Assembly (NCBI GenBank): GCA_012026655.1
Contig: JAAILG010000745.1
Location: 1-64,000, forward strand
Length of the DNA stretch: 64,000 nucleotides
Source: Hydrolagus affinis
Lineage: Eukaryota
Direction of reading: 5' to 3'
A model generated the notes under the pieces. That model ran no database searches, was not told the DNA's origin, and saw only the letters and a list, made by a program, of their open reading frames with translations. The stretch's first letter is position 1, and each line of letters starts with the position of its first letter. This document shows, piece by piece, positions 23,371-36,025 of the stretch. A program made the position numbers and the translations under genes.

Positions 23371-25119
23371 TTGCTGTTTCTGTGCATTGTGGTTTAACCA
23401 GCCAAAACTGTGCGGTCAGCTTCTGAAGAGCTCTGCTAACCTTCTCACTGCATGTCCAGCAAGGACTCAGTGGGAAGAATCCAGTGACTCGTCCTCTCTT
23501 CCAAATCCTGCCATTTCACCTTTAACCTGTCTCCCAAGAAGTAGTCACCACTTGACCATTGGAAGTCTGACAAGTGCAGGCTTGAGGCCCAATGAGGTGG
23601 ATAACTGATGCCCCAAATAATTCATGAGGTGTGGCCAAAAGGATAGCAGCAATATACTAAGGCATATTATGCTGAGGTGTGCTGCTGACCAATAGATAAC
23701 AGCAAGAAAACCATAAAGAACATAAACAGTGTTATTTCAAAATAACCTTTATACCACATGCTACAACGAATAACACATTTCTGGTAACTTCAAGGTGGTA
23801 ATTCAATCTCTGTGGTTTGTTCAATTTTTCTGCTCTTGTGGTTTACGAGATCAGAAACACAGGATTGAATTACTGTCTCGTAACTCAATTTATTAGCCTA
23901 GTGCATATTTTCTTTTTGGAGGAAAGGGTTACAAGGAAGTCCTTTTTACCAAATGTAACCAAACACGGTACATAATGAAAGAGTAAGCAATTGTCCACTG
24001 TAGACTAGTGATTAAATGTAGTTGCCTGAGATCATAACCACATGTATAGGGTTAGCTCCTGCTGTGGGTAGACTGAACTGAAGGAGTAATTAGCCCACGC
24101 AGGCCACTCTACATAAATGAGTCAACTGATGAACGTCTCATGATGAGTTTCAAATATATTGATAAATATATTGCTATATTTTGGGGGTACAATCTGTGAT
24201 TCCAGTCATTTTGTAATATTTTTGGACTTTGACCCCTATGGCCGGGTCACAGTGCACTGTATCAGTCTAATCCAAAGAGATTAACTGCACAGCTGTTCTC
24301 AATGGGAATCACTCGGATTCCTGTAAATCAGTGGTGGCACAACACCAGATACCAGCAGAATTTCCTTACACTGACTCGGAATCAGAATCAAAATAAATAG
24401 TGGACAGGATTGAAACACAACAACCTTAACTCTTTAACTGTTATATAAAAAAACAGGCTGGGCCTTTCTGCCCTCTAATTTCTTGACACCAGCATTTTCT
24501 ATTGTGAGGGACTGGGCTCAGACTCTCAAGGAGTTTCTTTAGCAGTGTTTCTTTTGGGACATCCTCTTGATCTAAAATGCGCTATATCAATGTAAATTTT
24601 TATAGTATTGTAAGTAATTTTACCCACAAAATATCCAATAAAAGCATTTTACAGCATATCCTGTGAAGCGCTTTGAGACTTCTTGACAATATAAGGTGCT
24701 ATATCAAATGCAAAGAGTATTATTGGTATAATCACGTACATTGAAGGGGAAGAGGATGTTCCAATTTAATTACTTTCTGTCTAAACATATTGTTAAGTTC
24801 TAAGTTGCCTCAACACATTTACTACCAATCTGATGCCTTAATGAGGTTTATACAAGGTTTACCTTGTTTATCTTTGTTATTAGTTTACAAAGGTAAATAA
24901 TGGAATGTTTTGGGACAATTTAATTTGATATTTCCATCTGTGGCTTCATTTTACGGTTTAATTTTATTTAATGTAGTTACTTGCTAAACACAATACTCAC
25001 AGCTAAACCGCAATCCTGTCAACTGGTGAGCGTGCGCCCCAAATTGGCTTCACTTGGCATTGAGAATGGAATTGGTAGGAAGGGAGACAGATCTGTTTCT
25101 GTCATAAATGAGTAATAAT

Positions 25120-25256
25120 AGCTTTCTATGTGATCATCTGAGTGTCTGACACGCGTAGAAACCGATCACCATGCTTAAGCATATCCAAATCAGACTGAAA
25201 GTTCCATGCATGTCAACTATACATGGAAATTCCTATGTCTGGAATGAAATGTACAC
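25120..25256. repeat. Unclassified interspersed repeat, copy 1
   Basis: TGTCTGACACGCGTAGAAACCGATCACCATGCTTAAGCATATCCAAATCAGACTGAAAGTTCCATGCAT recurs in direct orientation from about 43882. Confidence 0.8.
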
Positions 25257-26096
25257 TCTTTCCCTGGAGGATCGTACCATAATGACCTAATTCTGGAGAG
25301 TATTAGGTGAAAATTTGGCAAGATTCAAGGTTTGGGGACTCCAAAGTATGTGCTAGACTAGACTTTAATCAACTAAAATCACATTTTTTATATTGAGAGG
25401 ACGCTCTGGCAAGCTTCTGGCCTCTTGTCCATCTGCGGGCATAAGCAATTGTCTGTTTTAAGACGTAGGTCTTTGACTTTTGGTCATCTTTCCCTCCCAC
25501 CCTTTTGGCTCCCATTCCCAGCTTGGGTGCCCAGCCAGCAGTGTTACACTTTGTGGCGTCCTCCAGATGTGAAAGGTGTTGTATGAATGTAAATTGTATT
25601 GTATATGATTTTTTAAATTTACTTGCATATCATTTGTATAATAAAGGTTCACTATGCAATTTCATACAGTTGTATAGCCAATTATATGCATCTCTGATCA
25701 GCCCTTTTTGGAAACAACACTGTTGCTATGCAACAGCTCCCATTAAACCCGTACTACCCACTATATTGGAAAGATTTGTATCAGACTTTGCCATACAATG
25801 AAAAGCCCCTTAATCGTATACATCTGTCCTTTGCTAATGAACACTGATGAAGGCTGCAACAATCGTCTGAATTGCACGTAGCTAATCATTTTCTTACAGC
25901 GCCTAAAAAGTGCCATCTGCACAGCTTCAGTATTGGGGTGAAAATGCGAGGTCACTGGTGATGATTATCACATCGTCGAAAATTGCTGTTGAGCCAGTCA
26001 ATAATTATTGACTGTCAGTGGATATTTCCGATCCTTCAAAAAAACCACAGTAGAGAACAAGGCCATTTGAGCCTAGAAGCCTACATTGGTACAATG

Positions 26097-26540
26097 TATC
26101 AGCCTGGTTCATTTGATAGCACACTCGCCTGTGAGTCAAAGGTTGTAGGTTCAAGTCCCATGTCAGAACTTTGAACTCTTATAGTCTAGACTCCAGTGCA
26201 GGGAGAGAGCCGGAATGTCAGAGGTGCCATACTTAGGCACGTAATTGTACTTGTTAAACCGAGGTCCCGACTGCCTATTTAGAGGGACGTTAAAGATCTC
26301 ATAGCACTATTCGAAAAGAGAAAGGAATTTCTCCCAGTGTTCTGTTCAACAAACCCCTAAATAAAACTGATCATTCATTTCATGGCTATTTATGGGACAT
26401 TGCTATGTGCAAATTGGATATCACATTCTCCTGGAAAATTAGTCAGTACATGTAACAGTGAATCCTGTGAAGCGCTTTGAGATGGACCCCTGTGACATGA
26501 AAAATACTAAATCAAATACAAGGATTATTTTATTATATTA
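26097..26540 (+). mobile_element. Old DeuSINE, near full length
   Basis: Head TATCAGCCTGGTTCATTTGATAGCAC...GGTTCAAGTCCCA, Deu domain GTTAAACCGAGGTCCCGACTGCC...AAAGATCTCATAGCACTATTCGAA, and an L2-like tail. Confidence 0.9.
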
Positions 26541-27787
26541 TTTGACTATTCACTGGCTCACCGCAGATAATTATCACATCACCTTTCACGATTTTCACCC
26601 CTGCAGCTGCTTAAGGATTGTACATTTCCTCTATAAACTGCTGTTTCCAATACCAGTGCAAAAGAGATCCTTATATGGGCTTGGTAGCTTCCTTTTAATC
26701 AGCTCATGGGCTGATCCTTGTTAGAAAATTGACTGTGATGAAAGCTCAATCAGCATATGGTTACTGGCCTGCGCCCACTCCCATTAAATCATTGCTGCTG
26801 CTGTTTAAATAACTGACACATGCTGACTGACTCACCTTTCTGTCAGCTATTACCCGCAAAGATAGTATTCAGTTGTCTGCTGCTCACTCTGTGTCTAGCA
26901 CTAAAGCCAAAAAAACAAACTCCTAAGATCTTAGGTTACTTTTAGTTCACTTGTGATTCAATCTAGTAGGAATGCAATCATTTCCTCCCCACCACCACCA
27001 CCCCCTTAAAAATACTCTTTATTGAAAAAATTACCAAATATAACCAGTCATTGAAAAACAGTCAAGCAAAAGCTCCACTGAAACCTGTGTGGACCAGCAA
27101 AGTTTTCACGTAATTATCCTACCAGAAGAATATGTAATTGCTGTGAACAACGAGGCTCTATTACATCTTTCAATGATCTTCCCTCTACCACCCTGAAGTG
27201 CTCCAGTAATAGCACAGTAGTTATCTGAAATTCTGCCCAATACGTTTTAGAGTGAGCTAGGCAATAGACAGGCTAAATTAGAGCCTTTTACAAAACACTC
27301 TGCGGCTAAGTAATAAAGAGATATTACATAAAGATAGATCATGATAGCACTTGGATACAATGCCGCCAGTAGACAAGGGAGGGGGCAAAGGAGTGAAGTA
27401 ATTAGAATAAATGAAAGCTGTAGAGAAACAGTTTCTTAGTCAACTGTGAGATGAGGAGTCGAGTCAGGTACTAAAAGATAGAGCTGAATTGTATCCTGAC
27501 TCCAAACTGATTTTTAACAACACCACAGTGTTATTTGTTTTAATTCAATGACGGTCGAGGAGACATTTGCTTGGTCGTGTTATCACATTTGTTAAGTAAT
27601 GCAGAATTTATTCATTTCAAGCTTGACTTGATTATTGATTTTTTTAAAAACATACTACAGTATTATTCTCAATCTTCTTCCAGTATACCGGGGATCGGAA
27701 AGTACATTGTGTTGAAATAAAATACAGCAGTGCTGCCAGGCTCCACATGCATAACAAATCTGTAAAAGAACCACAACAGTAGTTTGT

Positions 27788-28073
27788 GGAGTGCTGTAGC
27801 TCAGGGTTTACAACATTCGGCTCGCAAGTGAGAGACCTGGGTTTGATTCCCGGCAGGTCAAAACCTTAGGCAAGTTTCCTTACTCCATACACCTGATGAT
27901 AATCCGTCAAGAAAAAAAATAAAGAATTAGTCACTTCAATCCACAACTGTTTTTGGGACACTGCTGTGTGCAATTGGCTGGCATGCTTCGCCCCAATTAT
28001 ACAATCAATTCATTTTACAGTATATTCTAGAAGACATGAAAAGTGCTATATCAAATGCAAGGTTATTATTATT
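27788..28073 (+). mobile_element. SINE family A, full length, short variant
   Basis: GGAGTGCTGTAGCTCAGGG...GGGTTTGATTCCCGGCAGG...AAATGCAAGGTTATTATT. Confidence 0.92.
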
Positions 28074-28469
28074 AACAGTAATAACTAGTATAGTGCCCAA
28101 CACTCAGGGTAGCATGTCAGAGCACTAAGATCTCAAATTCACTTACAAAAAAGCACCAAACTGAATTTAATAAATTTCCAAATTTTGCAGACTTTGCAAT
28201 ACTGTACTAATGAAATAATGTAACTCTGGTCTCAGGTTGAATTTCTCCTGCAATATGGTTCTATGAGCCTTTTGTTTGGTACAGTATTACAATTAAGGTC
28301 AGGTGGAATTTAACAACACTGTTAAATGTGGTGTTCTCAAGTCTTTTTTTCTATCTTTTTTTCTATGTTTCTATGTTTTTCTATGTTTGGTTCATGCCCA
28401 AGGGGAACTAATCAAAGTGCAGTCTCTCTGACTGTACCAATGGAACCTATCAATCACTGGATCGCAAGA

Positions 28470-28910
28470 TTCACAAGAAAGGTTTGGATGAAAATGGTCC
28501 TTCGGCTCATTTGATCTCATCCTCTGGACCCTACCATCCTCACTTTACAATATCAAGCTTTTTTAAAAAGCAAATTAAAAAAAAGGCCGCAACTAAACTT
28601 TCTGGTGACCCATTCCAGCTGTTAAGTATCCTGAGGAAATGGTGAAGAATTGCTCCTGGTATCTGTCTTGAAGTTGCCCTTTACCCTAAACCTAAGTCCC
28701 CCTGTTCTGTTGTTGCAAAGCATTCAAAAGTATTTTCCTAGGATTACTTTCTCAATCCTTTTTAAAATCTTATATACCTCTGTTAAGTCCCTCGCTGCAA
28801 TGTTTCTTTTCAAGACTGAAGAGCTCCAGCTTATCTAATCATTGCTCATAGATCATTCTCCTAACACGAGGGATCATCCTCATTGCTCTCCTCTGCACTG
28901 CCTCCAGGGC
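28470..28910 (-). mobile_element. Old CR1 fragment (ORF2 C-terminus and 3' UTR)
   Basis: The minus strand encodes ALEAVQRRAMRMIP...LELFSLEK...LTEVYKIL-like CR1 motifs. Confidence 0.82.
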
Positions 28911-29699
28911 CTGGGAGAAGTGTCTTTTTTCGATTGGTTGATTTACACTTTAGTAAACGTGCACATTTCAGTCAGAAGTTGAAGTGTTGTGAATGATTGA
29001 TGGCCCAGTGTCCCACGGACCATTTGCTGAGTTGCTCTGGTGTAGAAATGATGTGGTTGTACACCATCTCTTACACCATGTTAGAAGGGCTGTGATAGGA
29101 GGTACATTTGATTCCTCCACAGCATTGAATTTACGGTTCATGACTAAATTGTTGCACATTACTCTTTACAAAAAGTACAGCTGTAAATGTTGAAAGAAAG
29201 AACTCGTGCAGTAGTTAAGTAGCACCTGAACAACCTGGCACTTCAATTTCTTTTACCTGGAAAGCACTTAGAAGGGGTTCTGATTATAGTACTATCACTG
29301 TCAGCTTTGATGAAGTAAGTACATGATGGGCAAAAATTGTTTTCAAGATTTTACCAATTCACAGAAGAAGCACGGAACAAGAGAAGAGCATTTTCATGTC
29401 AAGCCAATTCTTCTACAAACCATGCATAACTCACGATTGCTCTATTATGAGCTAATTGTTCTGGAGCTTGCAGCAGACAATAAGGATGTTAACCACCTTA
29501 TTGTAAGTAAACTGCAGGAGAGAAGTTGTTATAACAACAACTTGCATTTATATAGCACCTTTATGTGGCATTTGAGCTTCCAAAAATTAGCCTTCATAGA
29601 GATATTGATGTGTAATTTGATTACACTGTTAAATAGAGATGTAAAGACAAGGGGGAAGCTTTATGCCAATTATTAGGCTATGACTTGAGTAAGGAGAAT

Positions 29700-29865
29700 C
29701 CACACATTTTCATCAACAGGAATTAGACAGATGCTTGAATAAGAGGAATATTGAAGGGTGTGCAGAATGAGCATGAGAATGGAATTAGATTGGATCATGT
29801 GGAGAAAAATACTAGTGCAGACTCGATGTGCCAAATGACCTATTCATAAGTGTAATGTTGTATGA
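29700..29865 (+). mobile_element. Old CR1 3' end
   Basis: GGAATTAGACAG...GAAGGG...GACTCGATGTGCCAAATGACCT resembles positions 100-230 of this window. Confidence 0.65.
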
Positions 29866-31199
29866 TATATAATACAAGGGTTAGGATTGCTGTTCGGTAG
29901 GAATTACGCCACAAATAGGTTATTCACTGAATTAATTATTGTATAAAAGATAATGAATGTAGATCAGTCAACTAACCCAACATTATATAAAAAAATTTTG
30001 ACAAGCAAAGTCAATATTCATGAAACCCATAAACAGTGTAATTTTGTTGCTGTGGTAACCAGTGGTGGCTCCAGTAGTGAATGAGCTGACTGTCAATTAA
30101 ATCTGTGTTGCTTGTGATACCATATTTGGAGCAGTATGGAATTTCACGGCTTCTCTTTGAGATATCACATATTGATAGCCACAATCAATGCTGGGTGCTG
30201 ACAGAGGACTCTGAAAGGGTGACGAATGGATGCAATTTACTGTTATAGCCCAAGAGGACAGATAAATGCTCCAAAATTTGCCTTTGTCATCTGCATTGGT
30301 TGTGTAAAACTCTCATATTTTTATTAGATCCTATTGTATTATGCATGTAATCAGATAAACACTGAACAGACCTGACAGGGAGATAATGTGCCAGCATTTG
30401 CAATTGATTCTCTTTATGCATTTCATTGCATTTTCCAACAGTAACTCATTTACCCAGACAAGATGTGCTGCAGAGCAGAGCCTGATTAAAAGCAATCAAA
30501 CTGCTTTGGCTTGCAGGCCTGGGCAATTTAAAATCCTTCATATGCAGCAATAACTGTTAATAACTGTCATCCTGCACTGCGCTGAAATGAGGTCAGAAAC
30601 CACAGCAGAAAGAGTAAACAATTTCAACTTGCTTACATTGCATTGCCAGAGTTTTAGCAAATGGTGTATGGGATTAAAGGGACACCGACTTCATGAGAAA
30701 CAAAGTGCCTGCAAACCCTTTTTGGCTGGTGGGGAAGAGAGAAGATCTGTGTGTTATTTCTGTCACAACCGTATTATGCCACAACAATTAATGGTGATGT
30801 GATTCATGTTGTTTGTTTAGAAATAAATACATAAACTGCCAACACTTTTCTCATAAAGAGAGTTCCTTTTTTATAACATAAATATTATGGGAGACGGTCT
30901 AATTTGCAATAATTCTTAATGGAATTCCTTGATTCTATTAGAATTCCTGTTAACCCAGCTTTAATCGGAGCAACATTGATTAAAATGATGCATCTGAAAA
31001 AGACCTAATTTGTACGTATTCCTTGACAAGAATCCCTTTGGTGGACAAGCATTCAGCCTTTGTGCCCCAGTCTCTAGAACTGCAAGCTGCAGTCCATCTG
31101 CCTTGTCTCCTCCCTCCCCATTTTCAATACCCACCATAGGACCTATCTTTCGACTGCTCTTACAGCCATCTTACCCCTCTCCCAACAGCTCCTCAATAA

Positions 31200-31300
31200 C
31201 GTCCACCTGAACAGGCAGGTGTAACCTCAGTTTTGATGTCTCACCTGAATACCATCATCTCTTACAAAGCAGCAATACCACAGCACTCTACTGGAGATTC
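31200..31300 (-). mobile_element. DeuSINE internal fragment, preceded by an L2 3' remnant at 31025-31190
   Basis: GTCCACCTGAACAGGCAG...CTCAGTTTTGATGTCTCACCTGAA is antisense Deu domain. Confidence 0.65.
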
Positions 31301-32989
31301 AATCTTGCTGCTGTTGCTGCCGCCACCAGGAAATCCATATACATAAATGCACAAATCAAACTTTATTAATATCTTTTACCCAGCCCAGAGTCAGCAGTAT
31401 GAATGTGAGTTCCTCCCTAGTCTCTACGAGTGCAGAAAAATGCATTGTTTTAGTCACACTTCTAGAACTGGAGTGTTCTTATAATGAATAGCATTGAGCC
31501 ACTGTTGTTCCAGGCCTGCCAATGACACAGTGCAAATATAATCGCTCCCACTGAAAGAGTGTGCAGAACCATTGTTGATGACAACTATGAAGAACAGCAC
31601 AGAGAAGGCAGTAATCACTGGTGCAAAGCATGCCATAGCTACAGAGATGCTCCGGGGAGAACAAATCTAGGTGAAAGAGATAATAATAGCAGTTCTATTG
31701 AAAACTATACTCTTCTTTCCTGACAGAAACAATAAACGACTACACAGGAAAAATAGGTGAGATGCCTGGCTTATTTTGCCTGTAAAAATTCCCCTGGATC
31801 CACACTTATTGTGTTCCTTAACATCAAATGAAAGAAGGAAACAACAGGTTTGGAGGATTGCCTGCTCTGTGAGGATTGCAATATAAACAGAACGTTACAA
31901 TGATATGTCACTAATGCGTTTCTGAGTGCCTTGATCTCACATGACTTAAAACGCTTACCATCTTGATCTTGTGGCAAAGACTGAGAAGCCACAGAGACAG
32001 TTGACAAATCAGCGCTGCCTTCCCAGTGCTCACTCCCTTTACATTAGTGGACTTTTTCTCCACATTGCCATAATGGGTGGGGGTGGGGGAAGCAATTGTG
32101 AGGTGATATCATGCATAGAATGTATAGACATTCATCGTACAATAGTTATGGTAAAGTCAAAGCTATTGCACATATCGCTGCTGCCGAAATACCGTCAGAA
32201 GGTGCACTTGAATATTAAGTGATTTTACTCCTAGTTATTTTTCTGTGGTTCAGTCACCCTTAGTTCATTAGTGATTGTGAGATGGGGGTAAAACAGACTC
32301 ATAATATCTTTTTAGCATGCGCACACCGTGCCTTAGGTCATCGCAGCGTTGGCTTGAGCAGTCAGAGGTGGAATAACACCTTGACCTTCCAATTCAGCTC
32401 GGACCCCCTTTTGCACGCTGCAGTCTATGTGAGGTCTGATTGCGCAAAGTGTCTGGAGTGATGGTCTGCTGAGAAAATTCAGCTGCTTTACAATACGGTT
32501 TGCCTGCAAAGGCAGGTTTGACTCCACAGGTAAACTCTAAATGCAAGGGTGGTACTAGTTACTGAGGTCTCTTCTACGAGTGAAACGGCGAGGCAAAGCC
32601 AAATTGCTGTGAGCTGATCTATAATTCTGTCATCATTATTCGCTTTAAATAAAAACAATCCGGAGTTGCGCTGCAGGCAATTAACCCTTTCACCCACTGT
32701 TTAGCGATTCAGTAAAGCATGGTGCTAAGCTGTAGCAGTTGTGAAGTTGAGTGTGAATGGTGCGTTATTTTCCTGCTAATTAATGCTAATTAATTTTTAA
32801 TTTTGTTAAAATTCCTGCCGAGTTGCATCTAGTTTATGTGAATTTGATCCACCAAATTTCAAATGGGGAGAACATTACTGCTGAAAACTATCCTCACTGC
32901 TTGGTGCTTTTCCTTCCAAAAATAATAATATTTGTAAACCTCGCATTTGATATAGTGCCTACAGCATCAAAATGATTTGAGAAATCATT

Positions 32990-33345
32990 CTCTCACGCTC
33001 AAAGTTTCATGAACCCAGCATTCCCCTCACCCTCTCAGTGGTACATTGGCTCCTGTCCCTCTGCAGAATGACTTGAAGATCCTTATCCTCAGCCTCAAAT
33101 CCCTTGCTGGCCTTGTAACACCCTACCTCTGTGATCCTCTTCTTTTTTGTTGAGCCCACTCCACCCCAGCACCAATGGGTGAACTTCCAGTCACTTTGCC
33201 CTGCTCTCTGGAACTCTCTTTTGAAATCCCTCCAACATGTTCCCTCTCTCTGTCTCTACTTTCAAAACCTGTTTAATAAAAGGATCTCTCCTTCTGTGTT
33301 CTCATTCACCTCCCCCTCTACCCTCCTCCCAAACAGTCAGGGCTC
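32990..33345 (+). mobile_element. Old L2 3' fragment
   Basis: ACATTGGCTCC...AAGATCCTTATCCTC...CCCTACCTCTGTGA...CTCTGGAACTCTCT (LHWLP/KILIL/LWNSL motifs). Confidence 0.75.
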
Positions 33346-33374
33346 CCAATTCATCTTTGTAAAGACCTGAAGCA

Positions 33375-33715
33375 GGCCAGTTGGCTTACAGTCACAGTCT
33401 AGGATGACTTCATTTTCAGAGGTGCCTTCCTTCACATGACAAGTTAAACTGAAGTCCCATCTGCCTGTACAGTTGGACGTTAAAGATTTCATGATGCAAT
33501 TTGAAAAGACTACAGAATTTGTCCCAAAAACCTGGTCAACAATCTCCCAAATAAAACAAGCCATTTACCTTATGGCTGTTTGTGGGACATTGCTGTGTGC
33601 AAATTGGCTGTCACATTCACTTACAAAATACACAATATCTACGCTTTACACTATCTATCCTGTAAGCAATTTGAGACATGCTCCCGATGTGAAAGCCACT
33701 ATGTCAAATATAACA
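33375..33715 (+). mobile_element. Old DeuSINE, 5'-truncated
   Basis: CAGAGGTGCC...GTTAAACTGAAGTCCCATCTGCCTG...TAAAGAT...GGCTGTTTGTGGGACATTGCTGTGTGCAAATTGGCTG. Confidence 0.8.
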
Positions 33716-33850
33716 ATTAATCTCATTGAGAGTATTTGAGAACCCAAATCTTCTATAGTGCGGCTGAGGAATTATAATGCAAAGGCTCAGCTAGCTAACA
33801 TGGTTTCCTTGCGAGACAGAATGGTGGCTGAACCAATTTTTCCGGACACT

Positions 33851-34081
33851 CCATATTTTGTGGGCGAAACAGTTGTGGATTGAAGTGGCCAATTATTTAA
33901 ATTAAATTTTTTAGGGAAGGAATTATTATCCCTCAAAAAGTGATATGCCAATCGACTGACTGGATTCATACTTACTGCTAGGTAAACAGAGGCGTATGGA
34001 ATAAGGAAACTTAAACATTTTGCTGTGTGGGAATCGAACACAGGTCTCTGAGTTCGAGCTACACTGAGCTACAGAAGTCCA
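33851..34081 (-). mobile_element. SINE family A, long variant, internally deleted
   Basis: TTACTGCTAGGTAAACAGAGGCG...AAGGAAACTT...ACTGAGCTACAG on the plus strand. Confidence 0.85.
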
Positions 34082-34124
34082 CAAAATCAACAACAATTTA
34101 CATTTACAAGTTGCGACTTGCATT

Positions 34125-35230
34125 TATATTCCCATCCCTCAAAGTTGCAACAAACACTCCCATCCTGAAGAAACCTTCCCTGAATGGATTCCTGCTTTCC
34201 AGTTACTGGCCCATCTCCAAACCCCCTTTTCTTCCCAAGGTTCTTGCTTCCCAGCTTCGCTCTTTCCTTTCCTCCCACTCCCTCTATGAACCCCTCCAAC
34301 TGGGCTTTCATGCTGCCCACAGCACAGAAATTGCTCTGGTCAAGGTCACAAATGATATCCTGTCCATCTGTGACCAGGGCTCCTTCTGCCGCCTCGTCCT
34401 CCTCGACCTCACTGCTGCCTTCGACCGTGTACCACTCAATCCTCCTCCACCACCTCTCCTTCAACCTCAACTTTCAAGGTTCTGTGCTTGATTGGTTCAG
34501 GTGTTATCTCTCACACCATGTCCAATTTGTCCCCGGTAGTGGTTTCTCACACCATTCTTAGGGCTCTGTCCTCGGTCCCCTCCTCTTCAACCTCTACATG
34601 GTGGAGGCATCATCCACAGACACGAAGTAACTTTCCACATGTACTCAGATGACCCCCAACTCTATCTCTCTGCCTCCACCCTTGATTCCAGGACAACTGG
34701 GGATCTGACAGACTGTCTATCAGACCTCAAGTCCTGGATGATGACAACTTTCTACAGTGAACATCAGAAAACCTGAGGCTATCCTGATTGGCTCACGATA
34801 GTGCCTCTGCACATCAGGCACTGGCAGCATCAGCATCCACAGATGCAAACTCCACCTCACCAAGCCAGTCAGGAACCTAGGCCTCTTGTACGATCCTTAA
34901 CTGTCCTTTCTCCTCCATATCCATGCCATAATTAGCACTGCCTTCCACCACCTCCGCAACATTGCCCGACTCCGCCACTGCCTCACCCCTCAGGTCGCTG
35001 AAACCCTCACACACGCACTTGTCACCTCAAGGCTCCATTATGGAAACTCACTTCTTGTCGGCCTCCCCATCTCTTCCCTCCACAAGCTGCATATCATCCA
35101 AAACTCTGCAGCTTGTGTCTTCTACCACACCTGTCAGCTCCCTCCCTTCAGCAGGATCCGGCCTGCTGCATATCTCCCGCCCAACAAACCCTACGATTGG
35201 CAATCGGGCTTTCAGACTCTCTGCCTCCCC
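34125..35230 (+). mobile_element. L2 LINE RT fragment with frameshifts
   Basis: PILKKPSL...YWPISKPPFLPKVL...LQLGFHAAHSTEIALVKVTNDIL...LLDLTAAFD, then MYSDDPQLY (degenerate YADD) and VRNLG motifs. Confidence 0.95.
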
Positions 35231-35654
35231 AAACAAGAAGCCAAGGATCCGGACTGGCTCAGTGAGATGGAGTGTGCGTCCACGGATGGTAATGCTGTCA
35301 GCTCCTGAAGTGTGTAGCCATTGACTGGAACCGATCAGGAGGGCCCCCAGTCTTGTTTGTAGCAGTTCAAGTTCAATGCTTTCTTCGTACCCTCTGTACA
35401 ATGTAACAGTCAGCACAAAATGGCAACTACTTCCTATGTACTTACTATTATTGCTGAAGAACAAGGTAATGATAAGTTGGAATGCAGCTGAAGCACTTAC
35501 ACACAATCATTTGTTGGAAGTTATCTTTTCCAGATATCATGAAGGTTCTGCAAAAGGTTTCAGGCATCTGGTCAACCCTGCTTTTTCACACATCTGGTGC
35601 TTTGTATCGCTAATCAACCTCCCCGCTCCCCCTTCCTTCTCCCCTGCTGGGTAG

Positions 35655-36025
35655 CATCTCAGAGCTCTTAACAGTGGCGGAGTCTGACTCCGAGCTGAAG
35701 GGGGGTGAGGTGTGGGGTGAGGAGGTTTGGGGGGAAGTGGCCGTAAACACGGTTGAAGAGGAATGTTTTTAGGCAGGTCTTGAAAAAGGGGAGAGTGGGG
35801 GCATGGCGGAGGGATTGAGGGAGAATGTTCCAAAGTTTGGGGGCGTGTTGGCTGAAAGCGCGACCTACGATGGTGGGGCAGGGGTTAGAGGGTCGAGCAG
35901 GAGGCCGGTGTCAGTCAAGCGGAGGCTCTGGTTGGAGGATTGGGGAGTGAGGAGGTTGGAGAGATAGGGAGGTGCCAGGGAGTGAGTGGATTTGAACACG
36001 TGTGGGGATGTAGAAGTCAATCCAA
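35655..36025 (-). mobile_element. L2 3' fragment
   Basis: Antisense of the GGRAFS...KLWNILP...FQDLPK-type L2 end; homologous to 10680-10850. Confidence 0.82.
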
